Positions 39,140 to 47,669 of a stretch of DNA of 64,000 bases are shown here, piece after piece (the first letter of the stretch is position 1; each line of letters starts with the position of its first letter). The DNA is taken from assembly GCA_046754225.1 (NCBI GenBank), contig JBHHVI010000004.1, forward strand, positions 147-64,146, read 5' to 3'. A program made the translations under genes and the position numbers. The notes below the pieces were generated by a model that saw nothing but the letters and a program-made list of their open reading frames with translations, was not told the origin of the DNA and made no database searches. The stretch comes from Thermodesulfobacteriota bacterium (lineage in GTDB: Bacteria; Desulfobacterota; GWC2-55-46; JADFVP01).

Positions 39140-40180
39140 CTAAAGGATTTTCGTTATTTCGTCCCTTTCAGGGAGTTCCAGTGCCCTCTTGCCCGATCTT
39201 CCCCTGATTATTACGCCGTCTTTTTTTCCGGTAACGGCGCCTATCCGCGTCGCGGCGATTCCGGCCTTTTTAAGTCCCATGAGCATCTTTTTTGTGTCGC
39301 GTGGGTCTACCGCGGCGAGTAGTGAGCCTGACGCTATAAGGCCCATGGGGTCGAGGCCGAAGTGGGCGCAGACCCGCTCTGTTTCGGGTAACACGGGGAT
39401 GAACTCTTCATCTACCTCTACGCCGCGCCCGGCGGCTATGGCCAACTCATGGAGGCCTGTGGCGAGTCCGCCCTCCGTCGGGTCATGCATGGCGTGAACG
39501 CGGCCCCATTTGAGGGCCGTCTGTGCGTCTTTAAGGACGCTGATGCCCGGGGCCTTTAAAAAATTTCTGCATCTGGCGATAAACCTCTTTGAGAAGAGGC
39601 CTTTTTTTATAAGGCCCTCTCCCTTCGACCTTGCGATAATGCTCGTGCCCTCGATGGCCAATCCCTTTGTGAGTATGATTGCGTCATTGGAGCTTGCGCC
39701 CGCCGTTGTAATCAGGCGCCCTTTTTTTACGGTGCCGAGCATTTGTCCAACGACTATGGGTCTATTTACCCCGGGGGTGACTTCCGTGTGTCCTCCGCAG
39801 AGCGATACGCCGGCGGCCCTTGATGCCCGGCCGAGCTGAGAGAATATCCTTTGTGCCGATTTTTGCGTCGCCGCCCCTTCGGGAAGGAGCACGGCCGCCA
39901 GAAACCACCTCGGAACGCCGCCCATGACTGCTATGTCATTGGCGTTTATGTGGAGCGCGTAGACCCCTATATCTTCCGCCACAAAAGTAACGGGGTCGGT
40001 CTTGGCGACAAGGTATCCCCCGTGAAAATCAATTATTGCCGAGTCTATGCCCACGCCGGGACCGACTATGACGTCCTTTGAGAGAGTTATATGTTTTTTT
40101 AAAAATCTTTCAAGGAGGTTCAAAGGCAGCTTGCCGGCGGGTAGTTTTGTTTGAGCCGATGTCAATGCGTGACCTTTCAA
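39140..40180 (-). CDS. AIR synthase-related (PurM-like superfamily) ATP-dependent enzyme
   Basis: PurM-like N- and C-domains (DSAIIDF...VAKTDPVTF, GGHTEV, GISVLKDAQTALK..HDPTEGGLA). Lacks the N-terminal Cys/Sec motif of SelD and the C-terminal Cys of HypE. Confidence 0.65.
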   Translation of the reverse strand: MKGHALTSAQTKLPAGKLPLNLLERFLKKHITLSKDVIVGPGVGIDSAIIDFHGGYLVAKTDPVTFVAEDIGVYALHINANDIAVMGGVPRWFLAAVLLPEGAATQKSAQRIFSQLGRASRAAGVSLCGGHTEVTPGVNRPIVVGQMLGTVKKGRLITTAGASSNDAIILTKGLAIEGTSIIARSKGEGLIKKGLFSKRFIARCRNFLKAPGISVLKDAQTALKWGRVHAMHDPTEGGLATGLHELAIAAGRGVEVDEEFIPVLPETERVCAHFGLDPMGLIASGSLLAAVDPRDTKKMLMGLKKAGIAATRIGAVTGKKDGVIIRGRSGKRALELPERDEITKIL

Positions 40181-40235
40181 GGGGTTGAGAGGGGACAGTT
40201 ATCTCGGGCCGTAATAAAAAACCAAAGCCGGAGAG

Positions 40236-41333
40236 TTATTTGGCGAACCTTTCCATTATCCGGCCGAGCAGGGCCGGAGCTATATCATCGACGGTCTCTT
40301 TCTCAGGGAGCAGATGGGGCTGGAAGGGGCCGTGTCTTCTCATATATTCGGCTAATTGACAGGCCGTACGCCTTGTCTCGTCAAAGCTCGGGTCGTCGAA
40401 CATGTCATGGGGGCCTATAAGGTGCCCGGAAGAGATCTGGAATCCGGCGCTTATAATCCTCATGGGGCCGTCAAAGCGCGCGAGGTTCGCCTCATAGAAG
40501 GGCACGGGTATAAGCGGGCCAAGGTGGCGGTGCCTGAGCCATCCCTTCGTGAGATAAGGGATGGTAAAAGGCTCAAGGGCCTCGCCTGTGGACGGAAAAC
40601 CCTCCTGACACCTTGAAATGATGACCGGGTTAAAGGCGCTCAGGGCCCTTTCGCCCTTACGGTTCAGCATGGCCGTTGAAATTTTGGCGGCCACTTCCCT
40701 GTCGTGGTTTCTGTAGACTTCGGTTATTACATATCTCGATGTAATGCCGGCGAGGGCAAGAAGCGTATAGATATCCCCCGGGTTCGAGAGCGTTATGTGG
40801 GTATTCTCCTTAATGTCCAGCAACCTGAAGGAAAACCCCTCGAACATGACCGGGTCGATGACAAGACCCGCGGTATTAAAGGGGTCGGCGAAGATCTTAT
40901 ATACCGGGAGGTTCCATGTGCCCGCCGCCGCCCTGTTGGCGATGAAGATGATAACGGGTTCGCTCTTTCTTTCCAGGAACTCCATCTCGATGATGTCAGG
41001 GCCGCTTTCAGGCAAAAGGCCTCCAGGAGAGGCCGGCCGCTTTTCAGGCCGGGAGAGTTTTAAATCCACGGCCTCTTCCACGCAGGCGTTGAATGTGTTC
41101 TGGGTGAGTTGAAGAATATCATCGCTGTCTTCGCCGCGGCGGTGGGTTATTACTATGTTTATCCTCGCGCCGCACCTGAGGACATGGTAGTCGACTATAA
41201 GGGCTTTCTCCTTTGCGTTAAAGAGCCTCTCCTTGGCGCAGTCGATTATGCCGGGATGGATGCTCGTTTGGCCCATGTATCCGCCGGGGTCAGCCGTTAT
41301 TACCGTGAGTGTGAGTTTTGACCGCTCTCCCAT
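40236..41333 (-). CDS. fbp: bifunctional fructose-1,6-bisphosphate aldolase/phosphatase (archaeal-type class V FBPase)
   Basis: LTLTVITADPGGYMGQTSIHPG, EMEFLERKSEPVIIFIANRAAAGTWNLPVYKIFADPFNTAGLVIDP, RYVITEVYRN, LFDDPSFDETRR, YMRRHGPFQPH: near-collinear with characterised archaeal FBP aldolase/phosphatases (from memory). Confidence 0.8.
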   Translation of the reverse strand: MGERSKLTLTVITADPGGYMGQTSIHPGIIDCAKERLFNAKEKALIVDYHVLRCGARINIVITHRRGEDSDDILQLTQNTFNACVEEAVDLKLSRPEKRPASPGGLLPESGPDIIEMEFLERKSEPVIIFIANRAAAGTWNLPVYKIFADPFNTAGLVIDPVMFEGFSFRLLDIKENTHITLSNPGDIYTLLALAGITSRYVITEVYRNHDREVAAKISTAMLNRKGERALSAFNPVIISRCQEGFPSTGEALEPFTIPYLTKGWLRHRHLGPLIPVPFYEANLARFDGPMRIISAGFQISSGHLIGPHDMFDDPSFDETRRTACQLAEYMRRHGPFQPHLLPEKETVDDIAPALLGRIMERFAK

Positions 41334-41545
41334 CGAGGTATTTCCTTAAAAGACGCAACGGCGTTGTTGAAATTTTTTTATTAGAGAAGTTATTGCCCAC
41401 AGGAAAAACAGCAACCTCTCTGACTGAAAATATTTTTCCATCTCGAAAACGGTTTCATAAAGGAAGATTCCATGAAAGTTGGCGTGGAGGTTGTAAGGCA
41501 GCTCCACCCCCGCCCCCCTGTTTTTCCTTGAGGCGGGAAGCTCTC

Positions 41546-41869
41546 TTACACGGACTCTTCCTTGAGAAGTTTTTCCTTGTTTTTGGTGTAAGCGCCTTTG
41601 CCGGCCTTATAGGCTGATTTTATGCCGCCCCTCTTCTCCTTTACGATGCTCTTAATCTTATCGGTACCGTTCTCAAGGGCGTCTCTCGCGTCGTCGTATT
41701 TATCCATCGCCCAGTCTCCGGCGTCTTCCAGGCCTTCCTTGAGCCTTCTGCGGGTATCAACGCCCGGTTCCGGCGCATAGAGTAGAGCCAGGGCCGCGCC
41801 GACCACGCCGCCAAGAAGGAAAGCCAAAAGCGTGTTACTCTTTTCCGTCGACATCTTTTTCACCTCCAT
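41546..41869 (-). CDS. YtxH domain-containing protein
   Basis: N-terminal TM segment with the YtxH motif (LLAFLLGGVVGAALALLYAPEPGVDTRRRL) then a charged helical region. The start may be the internal Met (41854). Confidence 0.7.
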   Translation of the reverse strand: MEVKKMSTEKSNTLLAFLLGGVVGAALALLYAPEPGVDTRRRLKEGLEDAGDWAMDKYDDARDALENGTDKIKSIVKEKRGGIKSAYKAGKGAYTKNKEKLLKEESV

Positions 41870-42242
41870 CCTTCTCGTCTTCTTCTTTTTCTTCTTTCCT
41901 TAAAAAATGTTTAAGGCCGAATTGAACGCCGAGGACGAGGCTCAAGATCGTCACGAGCGGGCTTTTAATGTTTTCAACGAAGAACTCCGCGGTGTTGATT
42001 ATCTTAAGCCCGAGGTGCTTGACCCTTTCGAATATCTCCTCTACCTCGCCGGTATGCTCCCCCGTCTTTGCCAGAAGATTATTCAACATCCCCAGCGACT
42101 TTTTGCTTTCTGTAGACAATTCCTCGAAGGATTTTACCGTCCTTTTTAACTGCAAAAGAGTGGGTATGGCGAATATTATCAGTATGAGAAATGCGAGAGC
42201 GATTACAAGAGCTACTATCTGGTAGATATTTGCCGTTATCAT
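41835..42242 (-). CDS. DUF948 domain-containing membrane protein
   Basis: N-terminal TM helix followed by a helical region (PTLLQLKRTVKSFEE...) typical of DUF948 (YtxG-like); paired with the YtxH gene. Confidence 0.7.
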   Translation of the reverse strand: MITANIYQIVALVIALAFLILIIFAIPTLLQLKRTVKSFEELSTESKKSLGMLNNLLAKTGEHTGEVEEIFERVKHLGLKIINTAEFFVENIKSPLVTILSLVLGVQFGLKHFLRKEEKEEDEKDGGEKDVDGKE

Positions 42243-42426
42243 TAAGCCTCCAAATTGAGTATATCCTGTAAAAGGCGGGTGTCAAGGCGGCCGGCCCCGC
42301 TCTACAGAAAAGTGTAAGGCTCCGGATTACCGGTTTTTTTATGAGTGCGGGGCGGGTTTTTTTGAGAAAAAAAGTCAGAGGTTTTCAGGCCCGGGGCCCC
42401 AAAGGGGGAGAAAATTCAAGAAGAGT

Positions 42427-43593
42427 TTATACCTTCTCAAAGGGGTCAAAGAGTTTTTTATACTCGTTAAGAGCGAACCTGTCAGTCATGCCTGCTATGT
42501 AGTCGCAGATTACCCGCTCTTTTCCTCTCCCCTCCTCTTCCATAAGCCGGTGGGTGGCCGGCGGGAGGAGCCTCGGTTCCCTCAGGTAGGCGTTAAAGAG
42601 TTTTTTTATGATACGCTCGGCCTTGTCGGCCATCCTTATTACACGGTGGTGGCTGTAAAGGTTTTGCCTTAAAAACCTTTTGAGCCCCCTGTTAAGTTCT
42701 TCCATGGCCGGGCTGAACCTCGCGACGGGCTTTGCCCGCTCCCTTACCTGGGCTATGGAAATAATGCCGTCCTCTTCCACCGTTTTTTTAACGGTCTCCA
42801 CGAGGTCGGTGACCTGCGCGTTTATTATGCGGATTATTGTCCGGGGTTTAACGACCTTCTTCTCCCGGCCCTTGAGGCCTTTTTTCGCTTCCTCGAGATT
42901 TATTCTCCATATCTCCACGGCCTCGAGGGCCTCGGAGGAGAGCATCCTTGATGAGAGTCCGTCGTCTATATCGTGGTTGTTATAGGCTATTTCGTCGGCG
43001 ATGTCGACTATCTGAGCCTCTAAAGACGGAAACTTCAATTTTTTGAACTCCGCGTTCTCAGATGGGCAGTCATGCTCGGAAGAGTGTTTCGCTATCCCCT
43101 CTCTTACCTCCCAGGTCAGGTTCAGCCCGTCAAACTCCGGGTACCTCTTCTCAAGTTTTTCCACAAGCCGGAGGCTCTGGGCGTTGTGTTCGAACCCGCC
43201 GTGCACCTTCATCAGTCCGTTAAGGACCTTCTCGCCGGAGTGGCCGAAGGGGGGGTGCCCGAGGTCATGGGCGAGGGCGATGGCCTCGGAGAGGTCTTCG
43301 TTCAGTCCCAACGCCCGTGCTATGGTCCTTGATATCTGAGCCACCTCTATGGAGTGGGTGAGGCGCGTCCTGTAGTGGTCGCCCTCATGGTAGACAAAGA
43401 CCTGTGTTTTGTACTCAAGCCTTCTGAATGCGTGTGAGTGTATGACGCGGTCGCGGTCCCTCTGGAAAGGCGTCCTGAAAGGGTGCTCCTCCTCTTTGAA
43501 TTCCCGCCCCCTTGTCTCGGCGCTCCTTGCCGCGTAAGGGGCGAGGTTTCTTGCCTCGCTCTCTATATATTTTTCTCCTTTAAGCATTGACAA
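42427..43593 (-). CDS. dgt: deoxyguanosinetriphosphate triphosphohydrolase-like protein (HD domain)
   Basis: HD-domain motifs (THSIEVAQISRTIA, AHDLGHPPFGH, DIADEIAYNNHDIDD). Confidence 0.88.
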   Translation of the reverse strand: MSMLKGEKYIESEARNLAPYAARSAETRGREFKEEEHPFRTPFQRDRDRVIHSHAFRRLEYKTQVFVYHEGDHYRTRLTHSIEVAQISRTIARALGLNEDLSEAIALAHDLGHPPFGHSGEKVLNGLMKVHGGFEHNAQSLRLVEKLEKRYPEFDGLNLTWEVREGIAKHSSEHDCPSENAEFKKLKFPSLEAQIVDIADEIAYNNHDIDDGLSSRMLSSEALEAVEIWRINLEEAKKGLKGREKKVVKPRTIIRIINAQVTDLVETVKKTVEEDGIISIAQVRERAKPVARFSPAMEELNRGLKRFLRQNLYSHHRVIRMADKAERIIKKLFNAYLREPRLLPPATHRLMEEEGRGKERVICDYIAGMTDRFALNEYKKLFDPFEKV

Positions 43594-43619
43594 ATACCGT
43601 ATGGGTAATAAAATTAAGT

Positions 43620-44186
43620 ATGAAGAAGATTATGTTAATAGCGCTCATCGTTCTCTTAAGCGGCTGCGCCTCTGTAATCTCAAAAGATATCCTGAAGGAG
43701 GTCGACCGTGATATCACCCTTGATCTCGTCCAGGCGGATCCGGCCTCTTTTACGGGCCGGAAAGTCCTCTGGGGAGGTTCTATCATCTCCACGGAGAACC
43801 TTGAGACCGTAACGGTTATAGAGGTCCTGGAAACGCGGCTCGCCTTTGAAGACGTCCCCGCAGATTCAGGCTCGCGCGGGAGGTTTCTTGTAGAGGCCGC
43901 GAGGTACCTTGACCCGGCTGTTTATAAAAAGGGCATGAAGGTTACCGTCGCAGGCGTGGTAAAGGGCGTCAGGGTAAAGAAGATCGGCCGTATGGATTAC
44001 ACCTATCCCGTGCTGGCCCCCCTTGAGGTGAAGCTTATCGAGCCTCTGCCTGAGCTGTTTTATAGAGATTACCCCCAGCCTTACTGGTGGTACAACAGGC
44101 CCTATTATTTCACTTACCCATGGCCTTACTGGCCCCGGTACCCTTATTATCCTTACACCTATCCTTACCGCTATCCGCCCTATTAA
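43620..44186 (+). CDS. slp: Slp-family outer membrane lipoprotein with aromatic/Pro-rich C-terminal tail
   Basis: Lipobox LLSGC, Slp core (GRKVLWGGSIIS...TVIEVLETRL...GRFLVEAARYLDPAVYKKGMKVTVAGVV) and the tail YPQPYWWYNRPYYFTYPWPYWPRYPYYPYTYPYRYPPY. Start set at the Met preceding the signal peptide. Confidence 0.75.
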   Translation: MKKIMLIALIVLLSGCASVISKDILKEVDRDITLDLVQADPASFTGRKVLWGGSIISTENLETVTVIEVLETRLAFEDVPADSGSRGRFLVEAARYLDPAVYKKGMKVTVAGVVKGVRVKKIGRMDYTYPVLAPLEVKLIEPLPELFYRDYPQPYWWYNRPYYFTYPWPYWPRYPYYPYTYPYRYPPY

Positions 44187-44231
44187 CGGCGAAGGGGTTT
44201 ATTAACCGCTTTCATGAAAGGCCGTCCCGGG

Positions 44232-44372
44232 TTATTCATCGGGGCCGCATCCGTCTTTTACGCCCTTTAAGAACTCCGTGTATTCTTCGTAGTACTCGTC
44301 CATCAGGTCGCCTAAGTCTTTCCCTTCGGTCTCTATCTCTTTTTTGATCTTGAGAAATTGTAAAAATGTCAT
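44232..44372 (-). CDS. candidate small acidic protein (47 aa), unannotated sORF downstream of queC
   Basis: ATG preceded by GGAGCGAGG (RBS-like) 5-10 nt upstream. Translation MTFLQFLKIKKEIETEGKDLGDLMDEYYEEYTEFLKGVKDGCGPDE. Below the 60 aa ORF-track cutoff. Confidence 0.3.
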   Translation of the reverse strand: MTFLQFLKIKKEIETEGKDLGDLMDEYYEEYTEFLKGVKDGCGPDE

Positions 44373-44410
44373 AGCCTCGCTCCATGCTAATTTTATTATG
44401 GAGAATTTTA

Positions 44411-45088
44411 TTATGCCGGCTCGCTCTTCAGGTAGCTGATGGGGTCCCTGACGCCAGCCTCCTTAAAACCCCTTATCCTCAGAAGGCACGAATCGCAGCC
44501 GCCGCAGGCCACTGAGCCGTCCCTGTAACATGACCATGTGAGATGAAAGGGGGCTCCAAGGGCGGCGCCTCTTTTTACTATCTCCGCCCTTCTCATGTGG
44601 ATAAGCGGGGTTTGTATCCTTATCCTTGTGCCGGGCCTCGTCCCGGCGTTCGCCGCCGCTTCAAAGGCGCGGAAAAATTCCTCACGACAGTCCGGGTATC
44701 CGGAGCTGTCTTCCTCTACGGCGCCTATATAAACCTCTCCCGCCCCCAGGACCTCGGCCCACGAGACGGCTATGGTCAGGAGGTGGGCGTTCCTGAAGGG
44801 CACATACGTTAGGGGGATACCCCCCCGGGCCAGGTCGCCCTCGGGAACCTCTATCCCTTCGTCTGTAAGGGCCGAGCCGCCTATCGCCTTTAAGTGGCTT
44901 ATGTCGGAGACAAGCCTTTTTTCCGCCCTGTAAAAATCCGCGATCTCTTTGAAGGCCCTTAGTTCGCGCTCCTCGGTCCTCTGACCGTAGTTTACGTGAA
45001 GGAAGGCGGCCTCGCCCTTTTCCAGGGCCATGGCGGCGGTAACGGTACTGTCGAGCCCCCCGCTTAAAAGAACAACCGATGATTGCAT
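44411..45088 (-). CDS. queC: 7-cyano-7-deazaguanine synthase QueC
   Basis: PP-loop SGGLDS and C-terminal zinc motif CGGCDSCLLR; start trimmed to MQSSVVLLSGGLDS. Confidence 0.9.
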   Translation of the reverse strand: MQSSVVLLSGGLDSTVTAAMALEKGEAAFLHVNYGQRTEERELRAFKEIADFYRAEKRLVSDISHLKAIGGSALTDEGIEVPEGDLARGGIPLTYVPFRNAHLLTIAVSWAEVLGAGEVYIGAVEEDSSGYPDCREEFFRAFEAAANAGTRPGTRIRIQTPLIHMRRAEIVKRGAALGAPFHLTWSCYRDGSVACGGCDSCLLRIRGFKEAGVRDPISYLKSEPA

Positions 45089-45175
45089 AATTAAATTAAA
45101 GCATAAGCGCCCCCACTCCTCAACCATATTTTTTATCCCCACAAGTTCAGTTTGAAGATAAAAAATATGGGGCCC

Positions 45176-46765
45176 TCAACTACAGTCGCCCCGGCAGAAG
45201 ACCTCCTTTATGACTTTAAGGAGGTTTTCGTCAAAGGGCCTCGCGCCGTCAAGTATAAGGCGCGCCGTCTTTTTTTTCTCATAAGAGGCCTTCTGCCCTT
45301 TAAATATATCCCCTCTCATGTCGGAAGCGGCGCCGCCCGGAGGAGCAGCGGCTTCTTCGAGCCTCTTTAAAAGGCGGCCCCTGATGAGTTCCTCCGGCGC
45401 GGTGCACTCTATTATATGGATGAGGGGCCGGGGCGTGCCGGCCCTGCGACCCTCCAAAAGGGCAAGGTCCAAAAACCGGGCCTTTGAGAAGGTGGCGTCG
45501 AGTATGCAGGTACGCCCCGCCTTCAGGAGTTCCACGCCCCGTCTTATGAGTTCCCCGTATGTCTTTTCCGTGAATTCTCTTGAATATATGCCTGCCCCGA
45601 ACTCCTCGAACCGGTGCTCGTCGGGGTTTATTCCGGCAAGCTCCTTCCTTACGGCGTCGGAGCTCAAGTGCACCGCACCGGTGCTCCCTCTAACGGCCCG
45701 GGCGATTGCTGACTTGCCCGTTCCCGAAAGGCCGCATGTTATTATAAGTTGCGGCTTAAACCCGCCGGCCGCGTATTGACCGGCGAGGTGGAAGTGGTGG
45801 AGCGCCCCGATGAAGGCCTCTTTTTTCTCCGCCCCTTCCACCTCGGGCTCAAGGTATTTGAAACCCTCCACCTTGGCGCGGATAAAAGCGCGGTAGCATT
45901 TGTAGAAGTTGAGGAGCTTTTTCCCGTCCTCGTCGCCTGAACTGGAGAAGTAGGCCCGGTCAAAGGCCTTTGAAAGGTCGGCCCTGTTGAGGTAGTCCAG
46001 GTCCATGGAGAGGAACGCCATATCCGAGACCGTATCGGAGAAGCGGAACCGCTCGTTGAACTCGATACAGTCTATGATGTTTATGGCCCCCTCGATTGAG
46101 ATATGCTCGGCGTGTATGTCCCCGTGGCAGTCCCTTATAAAACCGTCGGCCATCCTTTTAAGAAAAACCCCCTTGTGGCGCTCAAGGAAATCCTCGCTGT
46201 AGGTCTTTATCCGCCTGTAAAGGTCTTCCGTTAAGAGCCTGCCTGTAAAATCCCGGGTCTGTGAAAAATTTTCCTCAATATTCTTTTTTATAACATCGTA
46301 AGACCCGAAGCCTGAGATGCGCGCGTCTGTAGAGGCCTTTTTATGGAATAGGGATATCTTCTCCGCCACCCTTTTGATGACGGCTTCCGTAATCCGTTCC
46401 TCTCTAATCATCTCGTCGAGCATCGCCTCGCTCTTGAGCCGCCGCATCTTCACGGCGTATTCAATGGCTATGCCTTTGCCCCCCATACGCACACGGCCGT
46501 CCTCTTCGTTTATGCTCGCCACCCCCAGATAGACATCCGGGGCGAGCCTCCTGTTGAGCCTCACCTCTTCGTGGCAGAACTTTTTCCTCCTTTCAAGGGT
46601 GGTAAAGTCGAGGAAACCGAAGTCCACGGGCTTTTTGACCTTGTATACGAACTCAGGTGTGAAGAAGAGGTAGGATATGTGGGTCTGGTGGAGGACTACC
46701 TTTTCCGCCCCCTCGGGGTAAGCCCCGGTGTTCAGTAAGGCCTTTATATGACGCGGCAGTCCCAT
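45176..46765 (-). CDS. bifunctional aminoglycoside phosphotransferase-like kinase / P-loop ATP-binding protein
   Basis: N-terminal APH/choline-kinase-like fold (HGDIHAEHI, IDCIEFNERF...D) plus a C-terminal P-loop domain (GLSGTGKSAIA). Confidence 0.75.
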   Translation of the reverse strand: MGLPRHIKALLNTGAYPEGAEKVVLHQTHISYLFFTPEFVYKVKKPVDFGFLDFTTLERRKKFCHEEVRLNRRLAPDVYLGVASINEEDGRVRMGGKGIAIEYAVKMRRLKSEAMLDEMIREERITEAVIKRVAEKISLFHKKASTDARISGFGSYDVIKKNIEENFSQTRDFTGRLLTEDLYRRIKTYSEDFLERHKGVFLKRMADGFIRDCHGDIHAEHISIEGAINIIDCIEFNERFRFSDTVSDMAFLSMDLDYLNRADLSKAFDRAYFSSSGDEDGKKLLNFYKCYRAFIRAKVEGFKYLEPEVEGAEKKEAFIGALHHFHLAGQYAAGGFKPQLIITCGLSGTGKSAIARAVRGSTGAVHLSSDAVRKELAGINPDEHRFEEFGAGIYSREFTEKTYGELIRRGVELLKAGRTCILDATFSKARFLDLALLEGRRAGTPRPLIHIIECTAPEELIRGRLLKRLEEAAAPPGGAASDMRGDIFKGQKASYEKKKTARLILDGARPFDENLLKVIKEVFCRGDCS

Positions 46766-46804
46766 GTATATCCGGCTTCCCTTTTTGTGAAGGGTGTGAA
46801 GTTG

Positions 46805-47326
46805 TCAATCTTTCAGGAGATAAAGCCCCGGTAGTTCCCTGTACCTCTCCATAAAGTCCATGCCGTAGCCCACAACAAAACCCTCGCCCAGGGTCCTGCC
46901 CACGTAGTCGACGACGGGCCGCCCCTTTGCGGCCCCTTCCCTTAGAAGGAGTGTGCAGACCTTTATGGAGGACGGGCCGAGGCTTTGAAGGCGCTCGATG
47001 ACCGCCTTTATTGTAACGCCTCTATCCACGATGCCCTCGACTATAATAATGTCTCTGCCTTTTATCTCATGGGGAGGCAGGCCTCTGAGGGCCGCCTTTT
47101 CCGAAGGGGCCCCCTTCTTGCCGTAGGAGGAACTCTGGATAAAAACCGCCTCAACGGGGATGCCCACCTCTCTCATCAGGTCTGACATGAAGATAAAGGC
47201 CCCCTTCAATACGCAGATGAGTACGGGGTTTTTTCCTCTATAGTCCTCGCCTATCCTTACCGCGAGCCCCTTTACGATAGATTTTATTTCCCCAGGGGAT
47301 ATGAAGGGTTTTATTGTTTTCGGCAT
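46805..47326 (-). CDS. hpt: hypoxanthine phosphoribosyltransferase
   Basis: PRPP-binding motif IIIVEGIVDRGVT and the characteristic Hpt N-terminus. Confidence 0.9.
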   Translation of the reverse strand: MPKTIKPFISPGEIKSIVKGLAVRIGEDYRGKNPVLICVLKGAFIFMSDLMREVGIPVEAVFIQSSSYGKKGAPSEKAALRGLPPHEIKGRDIIIVEGIVDRGVTIKAVIERLQSLGPSSIKVCTLLLREGAAKGRPVVDYVGRTLGEGFVVGYGMDFMERYRELPGLYLLKD

Positions 47327-47669
47327 AGAGTTTTTTTAAAAAAATCCTTAGGGGCCTTCTGTAAAATATAAGGGTTTTTGTGCTAAAAGGGCGGCATCTC
47401 CCGGCCTGAGCCGTATTTGGAAAGATGTTTCTTCTTGATTTAAGGATATAATCGCCCCGCCGGCCTGTCAAGCGGCGATTTTCATCGTCGCATCAGGGAC
47501 AGCCGCGGTATCGAGCACCCCCGGCCCCGGCTTTAACGGCGCGTAAAAATTCTTTTTTTGACAAATGATAACAGTATATCTTAGAATATCTTATTACGCT
47601 TTTTTAGAGGCAAAAAAGATAAAGGGCGCCTCAGAGTTATTCGACGTCCCGGAGTTCAGGATTTAAAAT

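Noticed and set aside
39140-40180. PurM-like protein as selenophosphate synthetase SelD (given the selenoprotein nearby)
   Set aside because: It lacks the N-terminal GxGC(G/U)CK motif of SelD and any Cys/Sec near the N-terminus; it also lacks the C-terminal Cys of HypE.
44087-44347. Track ORF of 86 aa on the plus strand after slp
   Set aside because: Ser/Leu/Arg-rich, begins inside slp in another frame, no RBS. The opposite-strand 47-aa sORF with an RBS is the better candidate.
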